The translations under genes were made by a program, and so were the position numbers. Below, piece by piece: positions 12,946-25,414 of a stretch of 64,000 nt of DNA. The DNA is from Camelus dromedarius (lineage: Eukaryota), in assembly GCF_036321535.1 (NCBI RefSeq), contig NC_087437.1:19718001-19782000 (forward strand). The letters run 5' to 3'. Numbering within the stretch: the stretch's first letter is position 1; the number at the start of each line of letters is the position of its first letter. The notes under the pieces are model-generated. The model was given only the letters and a program-made list of their open reading frames with translations. It was not told the origin of the DNA and did no database searches.

Positions 12946-13971
12946 TCCTCTCTCCACGCTTCATCCTCATGCTTCACCCTGACTCATGAAGGATCCCCGT
13001 TCCCGGCTGTTTGGGCCTTCTTGTGACTCTGCACATCCAGCTCCTGCCCCTTCTGCTTTTGCCTTGCCTGGCAGCCTCTTCTGGGATCCATCCTTGGGCA
13101 GCCCCAAGAGGTATTTTTACCCACTGCCGCCATTCCATGGCTCATATATGGACCTCTATGGTGCAGCTTACCAGCTTGCCCCCTGCCCACCTGCTGGATC
13201 CTCACTAAACTGCCTGATCCTTTTTTTTTTTTTAACCTGTCTGACCGTTGAGGTCAGAGTCTGTGACATCCTCATTCTGTGTCCCCAGAAGGTTAGGGTC
13301 TCGCACAGGGTCTCGCCCAGGGTGTGGGATGGCTGGAGTTCCCTAGAACCCAGCTTATTGCCTTGTGGGGATGGGATGGAGTTTCCCTTGATTCCTCTTT
13401 CTCCTTTATCCCCCTGGGTCCCCAGTGCCCATCTTCCCAGTGCAAGCCCACCAGAGTAGGGCTTGTGGAGTAGGAGGATTCAGTTAGGAAGGTCAGCATC
13501 GTGGGCTGGGCGCTGGCTATCATGAGCTGGAGCATTTAGAGATGGGGAGATGGAGCCAGGCTGGGGGCACATGACACGTTGTGGGTGAGACAAGTTAGGG
13601 ACTGGGAGGTTAGATGGCTCAGGGCCTTGAACCTCTGAGGCTGATGATTTCTGGGGCCATTTCCTGAGTGTACATCCTTCCGGGATAATTAATGTAAATT
13701 AACTTTCCCATCAATAAAAAAGCCTAGTCACAAGCTCCCTCTTTAATCTGTAGCACTGAATACCACCTATTTGGGAGAACATCTTCTGTCACAGCGCTGA
13801 TGAGAACTAAATTGTAACCATCGGTTGTTGCGGGTCTAATGCTCTGCTGGGTTCACTCACCCCGGTCTTTCTGCAGATCCTCCTTGCATCCACTTCAACC
13901 CCAGATTGTAGAAATTCTACTTGTCTAAAGCATGTCTCCTTTTCCAAACAAGTCATTAAAAGTGATTTGCA

Positions 13972-14041
13972 AAAACAATAAAATAAAATAAAATAAAATA
14001 AAATAAAATAAAATAAAATAAAATAAAATAAAATAAAATAA
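13972..14041. repeat. (AAAAT)n microsatellite bracketed by a direct repeat
   Basis: About 12 pure units; AAAAGTGATTT(G/A)CA on both sides. Confidence 0.97.
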
Positions 14042-14714
14042 GGAAAAAGTGATTTACAGCTTGTGATATCGCATGTAGATGAAGAAGCAAGGATGAGATT
14101 TTTAGCTGGAACAGCTTTGTTATCAGTTGGAGTGAGATGACCACATGTGATGAGGCTCTTGGAGCTCTCCCACCCCAGCTAGGGACACAGGTGGGCAGAA
14201 ACAGGTGCCGACTTCTGGCTGCTCTGAGATTCCCAGACTGTGTACATAGTCCCCCCAAAATGAGCAAATGGGCATCCTTCAAAGTCAAAACATTTACTTC
14301 TGGATCTAAGGAGATGCTGGTTCAGCTCTGAGTGTTAAAGCTTTGACACTGTGCACAGGGAAACATCACCTCCATCCAAACCCAAAGCCAGAACTTCTGA
14401 GGCTGGTGTTGGGAGGGAGGCTTCTGGGGGTTGTGCGCTCTGCAGGGGGATGTGGGGCTGGTGGCAAACAACCCTGTCTCTGACCCTAAAGCCCCCCTTC
14501 TCCTTGAGGCAGGAGTTTTCCTGTAGATTATGCTGCTGCTCCCTACCTGGGCTGGGGCAGTGGCCCTGACAGGACAGAGCTGCCTGCTTCCCGTAACTCT
14601 GGCTCAAGTGGGAACAACATTTCCCTTTAGGTATCAAGGCTAGAGCTTGGGCCCAACAGGGTTTGGCTGAAGGCTCAGGGTTCACAACAGAGAAATAAAC
14701 AGAAAGGATCATGA

Positions 14715-15170
14715 ATCTAGACCACCAGTTTGCATTTCTTCAGTACCACTGGTTCCTTTTCACAGCAAATATTTTGTAGTGCCCCCACTATTATCCTGAA
14801 ATGAAATTTGCCGATGTTATTGCTTGCTTGTATATGTACCATAACAAATCAGTGTAATGCCTTAACTGAAATATACAGGAACTAAAAGGAAAATAATGTA
14901 CAATAAAATGGCAGGTAATGCTTGCGCCCAACTATACTAGAGGAAGTAGTGAATGAGATGCTTGCTCAATTCCACAGTGACAAATGCAGGTGGATCAATG
15001 TGTTTATATCATCAGATCAAATATCACGGTCAGTCTTGGGGTGCTGTTAAGAAATGAAATACTTCCGGTGAAGTTCTGAACAAGACAAAGTACACTCTGG
15101 CCTTAATTCAAAGGATGATTGCATTCCTGAGAAACTTGGGGTTTATTAAAGCTACACAAAGACTATTTGG
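14715..15170. mobile_element. hAT-Charlie DNA transposon remnant (Charlie4/MER80-like)
   Basis: CAAATATTTTGTAGTGCCCCCACTATTATCCTGAAATGAAATT...TAATGCCTTAACTG resembles the recalled Charlie4-type consensus. Confidence 0.6.
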
Positions 15171-15280
15171 CTGACTCATTTGAGTGCCATTAGTATAAGG
15201 AAGAGAACTATGGCACTCTAGATGGTGTGCTGGGGGATGCTCAGGCTGAGAGGTGCCTGGAGGATACACCCCCAATGCTT

Positions 15281-15336
15281 ACACATGCACACGCATGCAC
15301 GCGCACACACACGCGCACACACACACACACACACAC
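15281..15336. repeat. (CA)n/(CG) alternating purine-pyrimidine microsatellite
   Basis: ACACATGCACACGCATGCACGCGCACAC...ACAC. Confidence 0.95.
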
Positions 15337-17024
15337 CCTGACTCCTAAGTTCCTGCTTCTAAGAGGTACCAAAGCTGGATCCTATATGTACTTGCAGGTG
15401 AAATTGCCTTGAAAGGTAGACAGATTCTGAAACTGTAGTCTTTCTGGGGACCTTCTGGGGTAAAAGGGAAAATGCCACCAGCTGGTGGACAGCTGAAAGA
15501 GATTGTCCTATTTCACACCTGAAGAATAAGGCGTTCCTGGGGGCAGGTTGGAAGACCACATTGAGCCCATAAGCCATGTGCTGGAGCATCACTTAGATCA
15601 GCGGAAGAGAGGACCACACCTTTGCCTGGTTAAGTATGGAGACGTGGCTTGCTTTCTCCTCTCTTGCTTCTCTCTTTCACAAGCAGAAGAATAGGGTGGA
15701 GGTGACGGGGAGAGAGCAGACCACACTGGGCCCCTCCTTCAGGAGACTTTGGAGTGCTTTGCCTTTGTGGGAGGAGCAGATCTTTGGATCAGATAGGAGA
15801 CTGGAGTTTAAAAATGAATTGGATTGACTCTAAGTAATAGAATGAAAAGCTGTAGAATTGGGCAGGACTATCTTTAAGGCAGTTGTCGTCCACTGAGAAG
15901 GGAGAACGTGGCCCAGTCCTGTGGGGGGCAAAAAAAACAGCATTTTATGTTTATATCCAGATGGAGTAAATGCTAACAAACTGGCTATATTATTTATTAT
16001 GGTCAATACTGATATTTCAGAGATAAAACACTGTTCTCTTGGGTAGGAAATTCTTCCTTAGTGTTCTCATTGATAATTTAGAGGAATGAGGGTTTGTATT
16101 TTGTAATTAATCCTTAAGTTCTGTTTGTTTTTTCTCCCTTCACATAAGCTTGAGGTGTTACTAAGAGAGACTGAATTGCCAACGAGAGTTCAGCAATTTT
16201 GAGATGAAAGTGCATTTTAATATTTTGATTTAATGGGAAATGGTATATCCCCTTAATAAGTAGTTCAGTGACATTTGGTAGTTCTATAATATTTGACTTG
16301 GGGTTGAGTTTATAAAAATTTCAGCTCAACAGTAACTTCAGGGCTCTCAGGGATGTATGTATTTCGGAAATGAGAAGACCCGGTTGACATTCTGATTCTA
16401 AAATCAACATAATCTCTTATGCGTCACCATATTTTCAATTATAATGGACGATGGGCCTCGCATTTAAAAGCGCTTTCCCTGCAAACTCCCAAACAGACCC
16501 AGCTTGTGTGGAATAAGGAGGAGGCTTGGGTGGGAGGGAAGGTTCTCACGCCCACCCTTCCAACTTAGCAAACTAAAATGCCTCCTCCTCCGAGACGAGA
16601 CTGCTTTGGTTTATCCCTCCCTACACGGGTTCCTTGGGGATTTTTTTAGAAAGTGGAATCTTTTTTAACTTCTTGGGAAATTTACATCCTGAGTCATCTG
16701 AAATAGCTGAACTTGGGAAAGGGGAAATCATGGCAGGAAAAGCCTGAGGTTGTACGAAATACCTCTAACAGCCAGACAAAAGTGTTTCTGACAAGATTTG
16801 GGGAGTGAAACAGATGTCCGCGGCATGGCGTTCTAGTATCTTGTGGGCATTTCAGGATGCTTCAGAACTTCTCTATGTTTGTTTCTTATTTCAGCATCGG
16901 CTCACTCTCCAAGGGAAAAAATGCCCTAGATGGAGTCTCTCAAGTCCCCGATACGCCACTCTCAGGCAGCAATTAAGGTCAGGGGTTACACTCAGGCAGT
17001 CCTAGGATGCAGTGGAATACTGTG

Positions 17025-17238
17025 GTTTTTAAATTTTTATTTATTTATTTATTAAAAAACCACAATTTTTGTAACCAATGGAGGCAAATTTTATACATCA
17101 TAAAAATCACCTATTTCAAGTATACATTTCAGTGATCTTCAGAATAAATTTACCAAATGGTGCAACTGTCATCATAAATCAGTTTTAAAATATTTCTAAT
17201 ACCCCCATTAGAGCTCTCATGCCTATTCGCCCCACCTC
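17025..17238 (-). mobile_element. Old L1M (L1MB/L1ME-like) 3'-end fragment
   Basis: T-rich tail followed by AAAATCACCTATTTCAAGTATACATTTCAGTG...TGTGCAAC-like...AATCAGTTTTAAAATATTTC. Confidence 0.75.
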
Positions 17239-17263
17239 TTTTTTTTTTTTTTTTTTTTTTTTT
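17239..17263. repeat. Poly(T) homopolymer
   Basis: 25 consecutive T. Confidence 0.95.
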
Positions 17264-17604
17264 GCCAGGAGGCTCAAGGGCAGACCTCTCTACACCAGAG
17301 AGTGGTCATAAAACCAGATCTCTCTTCTACCTATAATCCCTCAAAGAAGGGGAGGGGCCGGCTCTTTTCCCCATCTACCCTGTTCTGCTGGACTAGGGAA
17401 ATAGAACAGCTATCCAGCTAGGTGGCACCTGCTACCAGTGGCTTAGAATTAGAGGCCTCCTCCCCAGAGTGGATGTGAACTCCAGGTTGGCCTTATAGCA
17501 GGTCTTGACCCCCTCTCCAGCATACATTGTCAGCAGACTCAATACGATGCAGCCTGGATAGAGATTAGTCAGTAGCCATGAGGGTGTGTGTGTTTGGGGG
17601 GATT

Positions 17605-18048
17605 TGTGTGGCCATAGAGGGTGCCCTGCCCACCTTCCCTCTGCTCCTGCTATTTTCATGGATTCTGGCCCAACTTCTGGCACTAGTGGCCCTTTGTTTG
17701 TGAGCTCTCTCTGGCCATGAGAGCCCTCTCTGCCTGTGTGTGTGTGCCAGGTCAGAAGACCTAGGGAATTAACACCCCCAGGTCCTACACCCATGACTGA
17801 CAGGAGTTGGTGGATCAGTACCCCCACTCCCTCGTCCCTCAGGTGGGAGAACATCGCAGCCTTTTACATAGTCCTCTAGGGGTCCCCCCAGGTCTGGCCT
17901 CTATTCACCCACAGTTTCCACCCTTTGTTCCTGAGTCACTTACCCTTTCCTCTGCTGGTCTTTCCTGAGATCACCTCCCAGATAAAACACCTGCACTCAA
18001 ATCCTTGTCTCAGGTGGGGCCTGCTCCCAAGGGAGCCCAAACAGATAG
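17605..18048 (+). mobile_element. ERVL solo LTR (LTR16-like)
   Basis: GGGAATTAACACCCCC, GACAGGAGTTGGTGGATCA, and the terminal GATCACCTCCCAGATAAAACACCTGCACTCAAATCCTTGTCTCAGG...CCCAAAC typical of LTR16. Confidence 0.8.
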
Positions 18049-19064
18049 AAGGAGCAAACAAGACAAAGTATTTTATAGAGAGCACATGCACTATCCCTGG
18101 GCTCTCATGCTGCCCCTCTCTATAGGAAACCTGATATTTCGGGATCTGAATGCTGGAATACCTTTGCATATTCAGACTCGCTTGGCAGCTGTGACATCTT
18201 GCAGGGCATTTGGAGGACTCTGATACCTGTGACAGGTGTCTCCCTTTGCTGAACTTGGAGACCTTCTGTGGGGCCCTTATCCTGGCCTTCACACCCACCC
18301 TGGCTGAGAGGGCTTGCCTGAAACAAGGCACTGTGCAGGGTCCTGCAGCCCTGCAGCCCCGGGCCTGTTGGGGCTGAGGGACTGTTCCTTGGGGCCCAGA
18401 ACTCTGAAGGTCCCTTGAGGGCAGGGTTGCCCTAGCTCCTTCCTCAAGATCTGGACTGAAGTAGGTGCCTGCCCCCCCCAACCCCCGGGGTGGGGGAATG
18501 TGTTAAATTAGGCTGATGCCTCCAGCATACATCATCCACGTGTCTGGGACCACATCTGGTGCCTCTGATCGCAGCCAGATTTCTCCAGTGTCTATTTTCA
18601 GCATTTTCCCAAAGCACCTATAAGTGAATTTGCAAAGCAGTTACCTCTGTCTGCAGTGCTTCCTTCACTGGTGTGGGAACATCGGGGGAACTGGAAATCT
18701 CTCCCCTCCACCCACCCCAGTTTACCGAGGCGTCTGAGTTACTATAGCCCTTCTGTCATTTCAGGTGAGGCAGTGAAAAATCCCACAGGTACAAATTCTG
18801 CCCTTTCTCTGAGAGACTTAGTGCGCCGAGCCACTGTCAGCTGAGCGGGCTGAGGTGAATTAGTCCAGCTTAGCTTCAGTCACATGGCCCAGCTCTGGTG
18901 GCTAGGATTTGGTATTCTTAAAATTTTTTTGACAGCCAAATGACTTTATTTCAGAGGTGAGTGTTATCAGCATATAAAATATATGTAAATAGGCCATTTC
19001 AGGTACTGAGGACAACACCTGATTTATTTTAAAAGTTCTCTTAATTCGGGGTGGCTGACTGATG

Positions 19065-19265
19065 CTTGGTGTGTGAATGGCACATGAATCTTGATTCAGT
19101 GTGTGGGTCCTGATTATTCCACTGAGAAGCTGTGGTATCTTGAAAAAGTTACATAACTTCTCTGAGAGTCAGATTTCTCATCTTTCAGGTGAGTGTATTA
19201 AATCCTATCTCAAGACACTGTTAGAAAGATAAAGTAAGCCCAAGGATGTAAAAAACTTGGCATCA
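19065..19265 (+). mobile_element. MIR SINE
   Basis: AAAGTTACATAACTTCTCTGAGAGTCAGATTTCTCATCT core. Confidence 0.75.
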
Positions 19266-19276
19266 AAGACGCGGCG

Positions 19277-19620
19277 GTTCTGGTTATCTATTGCTACCGA
19301 GCAAACCACCCCCCCACTTCTCAATGTAAAGCAGCAACCATTTTCTTATGCTCACGGAGCCTGTGGCTCGGGCATTTAGACAGACGGGCGGGAGGATGAG
19401 TTGTCCCTGCTCTGTGATGCCTGTGGCCTTGAGTGATCGGGGGTTGGCTGGGATTATCTGGAAGCTTCTTCACCCCCATGTCTGATGCCTGGGCTGGGAT
19501 GACTCAAGGACTGTGCTCCACTGGGGCTGCTGACCGGAGGCTGCACGTGGCCTCTGCGTGTGGTTCAGCCTCCTCCTTGCATGAAGACCTCAGGATGTTC
19601 GTACTTCTTGCTGCAAGGCC
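19277..19620 (-). mobile_element. ERVL-MaLR LTR fragment (MLT1F/G/H-like)
   Basis: GTTATCTATTGCTACCGAGCAAACCACCCC start; CATGTCTGATGCCTGGGCTGGGATGACTC; CACGTGGCCTCT. Confidence 0.8.
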
Positions 19621-19964
19621 TCTTGTGGGCCCAGTTGGAGGATCCCCCTCCTAGGACATCTGGGAGCAGACCCTGCTCACCTCGGGGGTCTTTCTTGCTA
19701 GAGGATGACTTGCATTTTCTCCTTGACTCTATTTATCCTTGACCTTGGCCTTAGCTGGAGTGGTCTCTACTCTCTGATGCCTCGAGAGAGAAAGGATGGA
19801 GGACACTCATTTCCTGGGCAGCAGGCCGAGAGCACATGCCAGGAGGCGGGCAGCATGCACAGTGGGACCTCTAGAGGAAAGATGGGTCCCCAACAAAGGT
19901 GTGACCCAAAGGCTGGAGGGAAAGGGGGTGGTGGCGTGGTCAGACCCTGAGCATAGTTACCCCG

Positions 19965-20145
19965 TCCTGGAGACTTTACACCCATCAGCTCAGGTCATCT
20001 TCACAGGGACTCTGTGAGGTGGGCCTGATAACGTCCCCATTTGATAGTTGAAGAATCAGACTCCCCGCGAGCTCTTAGTAAGTCCGTAAGTGAAGGTCTT
20101 GGGACCTGAAGCCACATCTGTGACTTGAGTCTGTGCTCTTAGTAT
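19965..20145 (-). mobile_element. MIR fragment
   Basis: CTCTGTGAGGTGGG...CCCCATTTGATAGTTGAAGAA...TCTGTGCTCTTA. Confidence 0.6.
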
Positions 20146-20561
20146 CGCTCCGGTAGGCAGCCTCTCTCTCGGTGACACCTTTCCGTATTTTGTTCTCTAT
20201 TTATCGTGCATTAATCTTCTCCCCTGATGCCATATTGTTCTCACTGAGAGCAAGAGTACGTCTTCTTCTCTTACATCCCCCGCCTGGGCGCTTGGGAGTC
20301 CCTCAGAAAGTGGCACTGGGGCCAGGCGGAGAGGCCCCCATCCCTCCTCTGTCTCGTGAGCCCCACCAGCTGGGCTCTAGTGAGCTGAGAGCAGGGAAGG
20401 CATTGTTGTTCATGTCCTAGTCTCCAAAGGAAATTTTACTCTTGTTTATTGTTGACGTATTGGCTTTGAAGTTGCAATGGCGAAGGTCTACTAAAGGGGT
20501 GTCCCATTCGGAACAGGGATGGGACCCTCCCTCTCTCTTTTCTTTTTTTTCCTGTTTTCAG

Positions 20562-20771
20562 GTTAAAAGCAATAACCATGAAGCAAACAGAAAGAAAACC
20601 CTCCAAAGAATATTATGAATGGCTCTGACAGGTTAAAGCTGCTGGATAGATGCAGAATTTACATGACAAATACCTGAGCACAATGCTGATTGTCAATCAC
20701 CAGTAATAAGATTCCCCGAAAACCTCAAGATCTTAATTAAAAAAAAAAAATCCCGTAATTTATCTTTGCTG
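20562..20771 (+). other. Candidate non-coding or cryptic exon (210 nt)
   Basis: Long polypyrimidine tract ending TTTTCAG at 20561 and CTG|GTAAGT donor at 20772; only short internal ORFs. No transcript evidence. Confidence 0.3.
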
Positions 20772-21429
20772 GTAAGTGTCCTTTTGCCTTAGGAACTAGA
20801 ATATTGCTCTTCCTACACTTCGTCTCACCCAGGCCGGGTCTGCTTGTGCCGTGACCCCGCACCTCCAGCTCCTTTCCCTGGTTGAGCAGGCTGGAGTACA
20901 GAGGACTTCGGTGAATGCTGTCGATCGGAGAGACACAAGAAGGTCTAAGTTTTGATGGGGAAACCAGCAGGCTGACAGATTAAAATATTAATGATGCTTC
21001 TGGGTAGGAGGGCAACATGGGCATTGAAATAGGCTGGAGAGTCAGGGCTGGTGAAGGTGACGAGGGGAGGGGATGACCGCTCTGAGCAGGAGGCCCTCCG
21101 TGCCTTGGGGCCGCCCAGCTCTCCAGCCTCAGCTCTGGTCAGGATCTGGCACTTAGAGCTCCGAGAAGGAACCAGGTCTTTCCCCCTCCATGGAGCACCA
21201 CTCCCTCTCCCTGAAGGACCTGCGGTGCCCTCACCTTCTGCCTACCCACAGCCTCCATCCCATATCTCCGGTGATGGAGAGAGATCAAGTCTCGTCATCG
21301 GGGACTTTTCTATGACTTTTCTTTCTCCTCCCACAACTGTGTCCTGACTCGAACCTATATATACCTCAAATAGAGTTCACGCAAGCCTTACTTTTTAATT
21401 TTAATTTAAAAAGCTGGACTTGCCTGCCA

Positions 21430-21540
21430 GGTAGTGAGTTCTGTCAAGGAGCATTGCTCATGTCTTCATTCATCCCTGTTCCCCAGTACCTGATAATTCG
21501 CAAAGTGGACAAAGGAATAAATGACTGTTGATTCAATGGG
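21430..21540 (+). mobile_element. L2 3'-end fragment
   Basis: CATGTCTTCATTCATCCCTGTTCCCCAGTACCTG...AATAAATGACTGTTGATTCAATG. Confidence 0.6.
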
Positions 21541-22774
21541 ATGCTTTGGGACTCAAGAGGGTTCTGGAGAGGGCAAATGATGTCAGAGCGCATGTGCGGT
21601 GCTGGGCACCAGCTGAGACCAGCCTATTTGCCATAGGCTGTCATCTGAAGGCCTGGGGAGAATGGAGACCCCCTTTCTAATGCTGAGCCTCACCGCCCTG
21701 AGCTAGGGGGGCTGGACTAGCTTGGGAAATGTTCTCAGGCACTCGTGGGTTGCAGGACTGCCCCGGGAGTCCACGTGTCAGATTCTTCAAAGACAAGCAC
21801 TTTTGCTTGTTTTTCTGATTCGTTTTTCCTGCTGAGTCACTGCCTGTGAGAAAGCCGCTGTCCACTTGCCCGCTGAGGACCCCGTGTTTGGTATTGATCC
21901 ACACTGCTGATGCAGCCGGGCTGTGCAGAAACAGGGCTTAGCCAGGGCACACCCAGGCTGCTCATGCGCCTTCACAAGGAGCGTCTGGGGCCAACTGTCA
22001 CTCAGAAGGCTGGTCAGAGCAAACACCTGCCCCTGCATGATTTGTTTCCTAGATGCCTTGTTGTCCCTGGGCAGGATAATGGCCACCAGAGCCCTTGCTC
22101 CATAGCAATGTCTCCTAGGAGCCTGGAGGTGAGGACTGTCAATGAGGATGGAGAATATTGCTGGTCCACTCTTGGGAGGGCTTGTTGGCCACATGGTGTA
22201 TGTGCCTCACCTCCAGCACTCATCCAGGAATTATGGGAGTCAGTGATGTGAGCACATTCTTTCCTAACTTTATCCTTCTGCCGTCTGTATTTCTTCTTCT
22301 TCTGCCTCAGTCATTCCTGTTTTCCTTTGGCACAACATACATTTCTGTACAAAAGACTTCAGTCTATTGTAGAATGCAGCAGGGCATCAATGGATAAAAG
22401 AATACATGTGAATTCTGCCCAGGTTGACATGATGAATTTTAAGACACAGCTGGTCCTGATATACCTGGTGGGCTGGGGGACCAAGTACTGGGGAACCTGC
22501 AGAGAAACACAGCTGGCGACTTCATACTCCTTCTAAGGGGTCAGTGTGTGTCCTTGTAGAGTCAGGATTAGACGATAGTGTCCAGCAAAGGACACCCAAC
22601 ATGTTTGGGAAACTAGATACTTTATGAAGCATCATGTCCTCCTATACTTGTCGGGTCTATCCTATTTCATCAATTCTGGGATGATGATTGTTCTTTCAAA
22701 TGTTAGCATCTCTGAAATCAAGATGCATCATATAATGGATGGTGTCATATATAATGAAATGTGATAAATAGCTG

Positions 22775-23231
22775 GGTCACTCCTTTGACTGTTTGCCATC
22801 AGATCTGTCCCTACCCTTCTGTTGCTTGGCTCTGTAGGGAAGGGCACTACGTTCCCCAGCTCCCCAGTTCCCTGATCGCCTCTGCCTGGGTACAACCCAT
22901 TGGAGGCACTGGTGGAAGACTGGAGAGTGGGGAGCAGGGAGAAGTCAAAGTATTTCTCTCTCTCCTTTCTGTCCTGGGCCATCTCACTGCTGCCACACAT
23001 CTACTGCCCCTGCCAAGATCCAGGCTCTGCCATGTGGCTCACCTCCTGGGCTCTGGTGGCCCTGCCTCCTCCCTTTGTCCCTTCAGCCCTGGGTGGTGGT
23101 GGCTTCCTGTCTTGTCATTTGCTATTTCCTTGTTTTCCATCACTTGGATAGCTGGTTCTTTGCATTAAAATTCCTCTCTTTGAAGTACTTAGAGTGGTCA
23201 CTGTTTTCCTGGTGAGATCCTGACTGATCCA
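22775..23231 (+). mobile_element. ERVL solo LTR (LTR33-like)
   Basis: GGAGGCACTGGTGGAAGACTGGAG, GGGAGAAGTCAAAGTATTTCTC, CCTCCTCCCTTTGTCCCTTCAGCC, and the terminal CATTAAAATTCCTCT...GTTTTCCTGG...CCTGACTGAT. Confidence 0.85.
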
Positions 23232-23289
23232 AAGATACAGCATCGCAAGATTAAACATGGAGAGGTCATTACTTCTCTTCCCCAGATCT

Positions 23290-24410
23290 CCACTGAATCT
23301 GGTAAAGTTAAGGTCACCAACGGCCGCTGTGCTGCCAACCTCAGAAGATGCTTTGAGGGTGCAGCACTTGGCAGTGTAGCATCCCCATTTGTTGAATCTC
23401 TCTCTTTCCTTTTTTCCTGGGACATCCACCCCTTCTTTCTCTTGCCTTGTGAATTTCCTCCATCTTCTTTGCCTGGTCATCTCTTCTACAACTTCCTTAA
23501 ATGTTAGGTTCTGCAGAATCCAGGGTCACCCTTCTGCCCTTGTCTTCACTTCACTTGCTTACACCCATGGCTTTAAATGCAGCCTCTCTGTAGCGTGAAA
23601 CTGTCTCCCGAGCTTTAGCCTCAGAATTCCACTATCCTCTAGCCATGTTCTCTGGGTCGTTTTAACAGATCTCACAAACTCAAAGTGTCCTTGGCTGCAC
23701 TCACCTTCTCCACCCTGACCCCAGACCAACTCATCCTCCTGTGTTCACTGTCTCAAGGGACGGAGCCTCATCCCTCCCGAGATCCAGACTAGAAACATCA
23801 GGGGGTCCTCCTGGCCTCTTCCCTTCACTTTACCTCCCCAGTCCCGCTAGTTTCCAAACTCTATATCCAGTGGTATGTGTAAATGTTTAACTACTAGAAA
23901 TCCTGGGGGGAGAAAAAACTCTGATTGTAGCATTTGCTCATACTCCCATCACGGCTGTGATTCCAAGTTACCACTGTGACGTCACTGAACATGGACTCGG
24001 GAAGTGATGCGCACACTCAGTTCTTGTGAGCTGTGTGAGCCACACCCCTCCTCTGCATCCATCATCTTATTCTCATCTTCTCCTTGTCAGCTGAGTTCGA
24101 GCCCCTGTTGATAGGTCTTCTCATTGTGTTTCCAGTCTCTTCCCCCTTCCCAGACTGGAGCATATCAACCTCTAACTGAAAAGCTTTGGGAGTCTCCCAT
24201 TGTTTAGAAGAGTACCAGAGACAGAGTCTCCTTGGCCTTGATTCTGGGGGAAACGACCATCTCTCCACCCTTAGCTGTCCTCCCAGCCCTAACCCTGGTC
24301 TTGAGCCAGGACCCACCTGCTGACCCCCTTGACATTTTACCTTCCTTTTCCTTCTGTACCTTCTGTTATTTACCTGCTTTAGGCATTCAGCCATCTTACA
24401 GTACTTGCTC
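23290..24410 (+). mobile_element. L2 LINE fragment interrupted by MER63
   Basis: AAGGTCACCAA, ACCCATGGCTTTAAAT and CTCAAAGTGTCC on the left; L2-like sequence resumes after 24050. Confidence 0.65.
23868..24050. mobile_element. hAT-Blackjack MITE (MER63A-like)
   Basis: CAGTGGTATGTGTAAATGTTTAAC...GTGACGTCACTGAAC...GATGCGCACA; degenerate 8-bp TSD TCTATATC/TCTGCATC. Confidence 0.85.
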
Positions 24411-25414
24411 GGTGGGCTATGTGATAGTGAGTCACCTTTACATCTGGGGCTGGGAGTGGGGCTGGGATAGAGGCCAGACCTCTGTGTGTCTGTCAGTCAT
24501 TTTGGGCTGCTGCAAAGATTTTAGGAAATAAATCACAGTTTAGAGGGTCATATCCTTTGGAAAATTATTAAACGGTTCTTGAAAACTTGAAGATTCTCTT
24601 GGATATATATGATACACAAGAGAAAATGGGTTCAAATGCACAGCCATCCCTTTGCCTAATGGCTAACCCTTTCTTCTGGAAATAATGAGAATTGGTGAAA
24701 TGCCTCTCTGGGTTGGGCAGTGGAGATCCAGAGGAGAACAGGGCATGGTGGTAGCTCACAGGCTCGTGAGTGAGGGTGGAGTCCTGGTGCTTCTGTCTAC
24801 TGTTCACAGAGAGGAGTTAGGGCAAGACTCCCAGAATGAGTCTCAGCCAAAGTTAGTTTGAGCTTTGGTCTCAGCTTCCTCTTTATAACATGGAGCCAAA
24901 ATCCCATCAACCCTACCACCCACCTCCTGGGGCTTTTGTTCTGTTGGGGTTTGGATTGAAATAGGAGATGACTCTGAAACGCTGACTCCATAAGAACAGG
25001 ATGTGAAATTATTATTCATTTATGTTATCGTGTGTATATGTGTGTCTCTGCCCTCTGGCTCTTTCCTGGCTATTATGGCACAGTTGGGTGGGGGTGACAG
25101 GGGAGGCATAAACCAAGGAAAAGGCCCCACCTCTGTCTTCAAAGGGCTTATCTTCAAAATATGGATAGAAGTGGAACTTTAACAGAATATAGAATAAAAT
25201 TAGGTGATGACATATGGTGTTTATCAATTGCTTCTCTAGGTTTTCTAAAAGTAAAGAAAGGAACACGGATTGAAGTTACAGAATGGCAATTTGTCGTAAA
25301 GACATGTCTACATTTTCAGATGCAAAAATTAGAGAAATGCAGTCTGGTTCTCATCCTTATAGCAGGACTTGCTTTTTCAGGGAACAAGAAGGACTGGAGG
25401 GTTTCCTTGAATAT

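Noticed and set aside
15470..17430. Weaker CTCF-like motifs (CCACCAGCTGGTGG palindrome at about 15475; CAGCTAGGTGGCAC at about 17415)
   Set aside because: Mismatches in the core; expected by chance in 64 kb.
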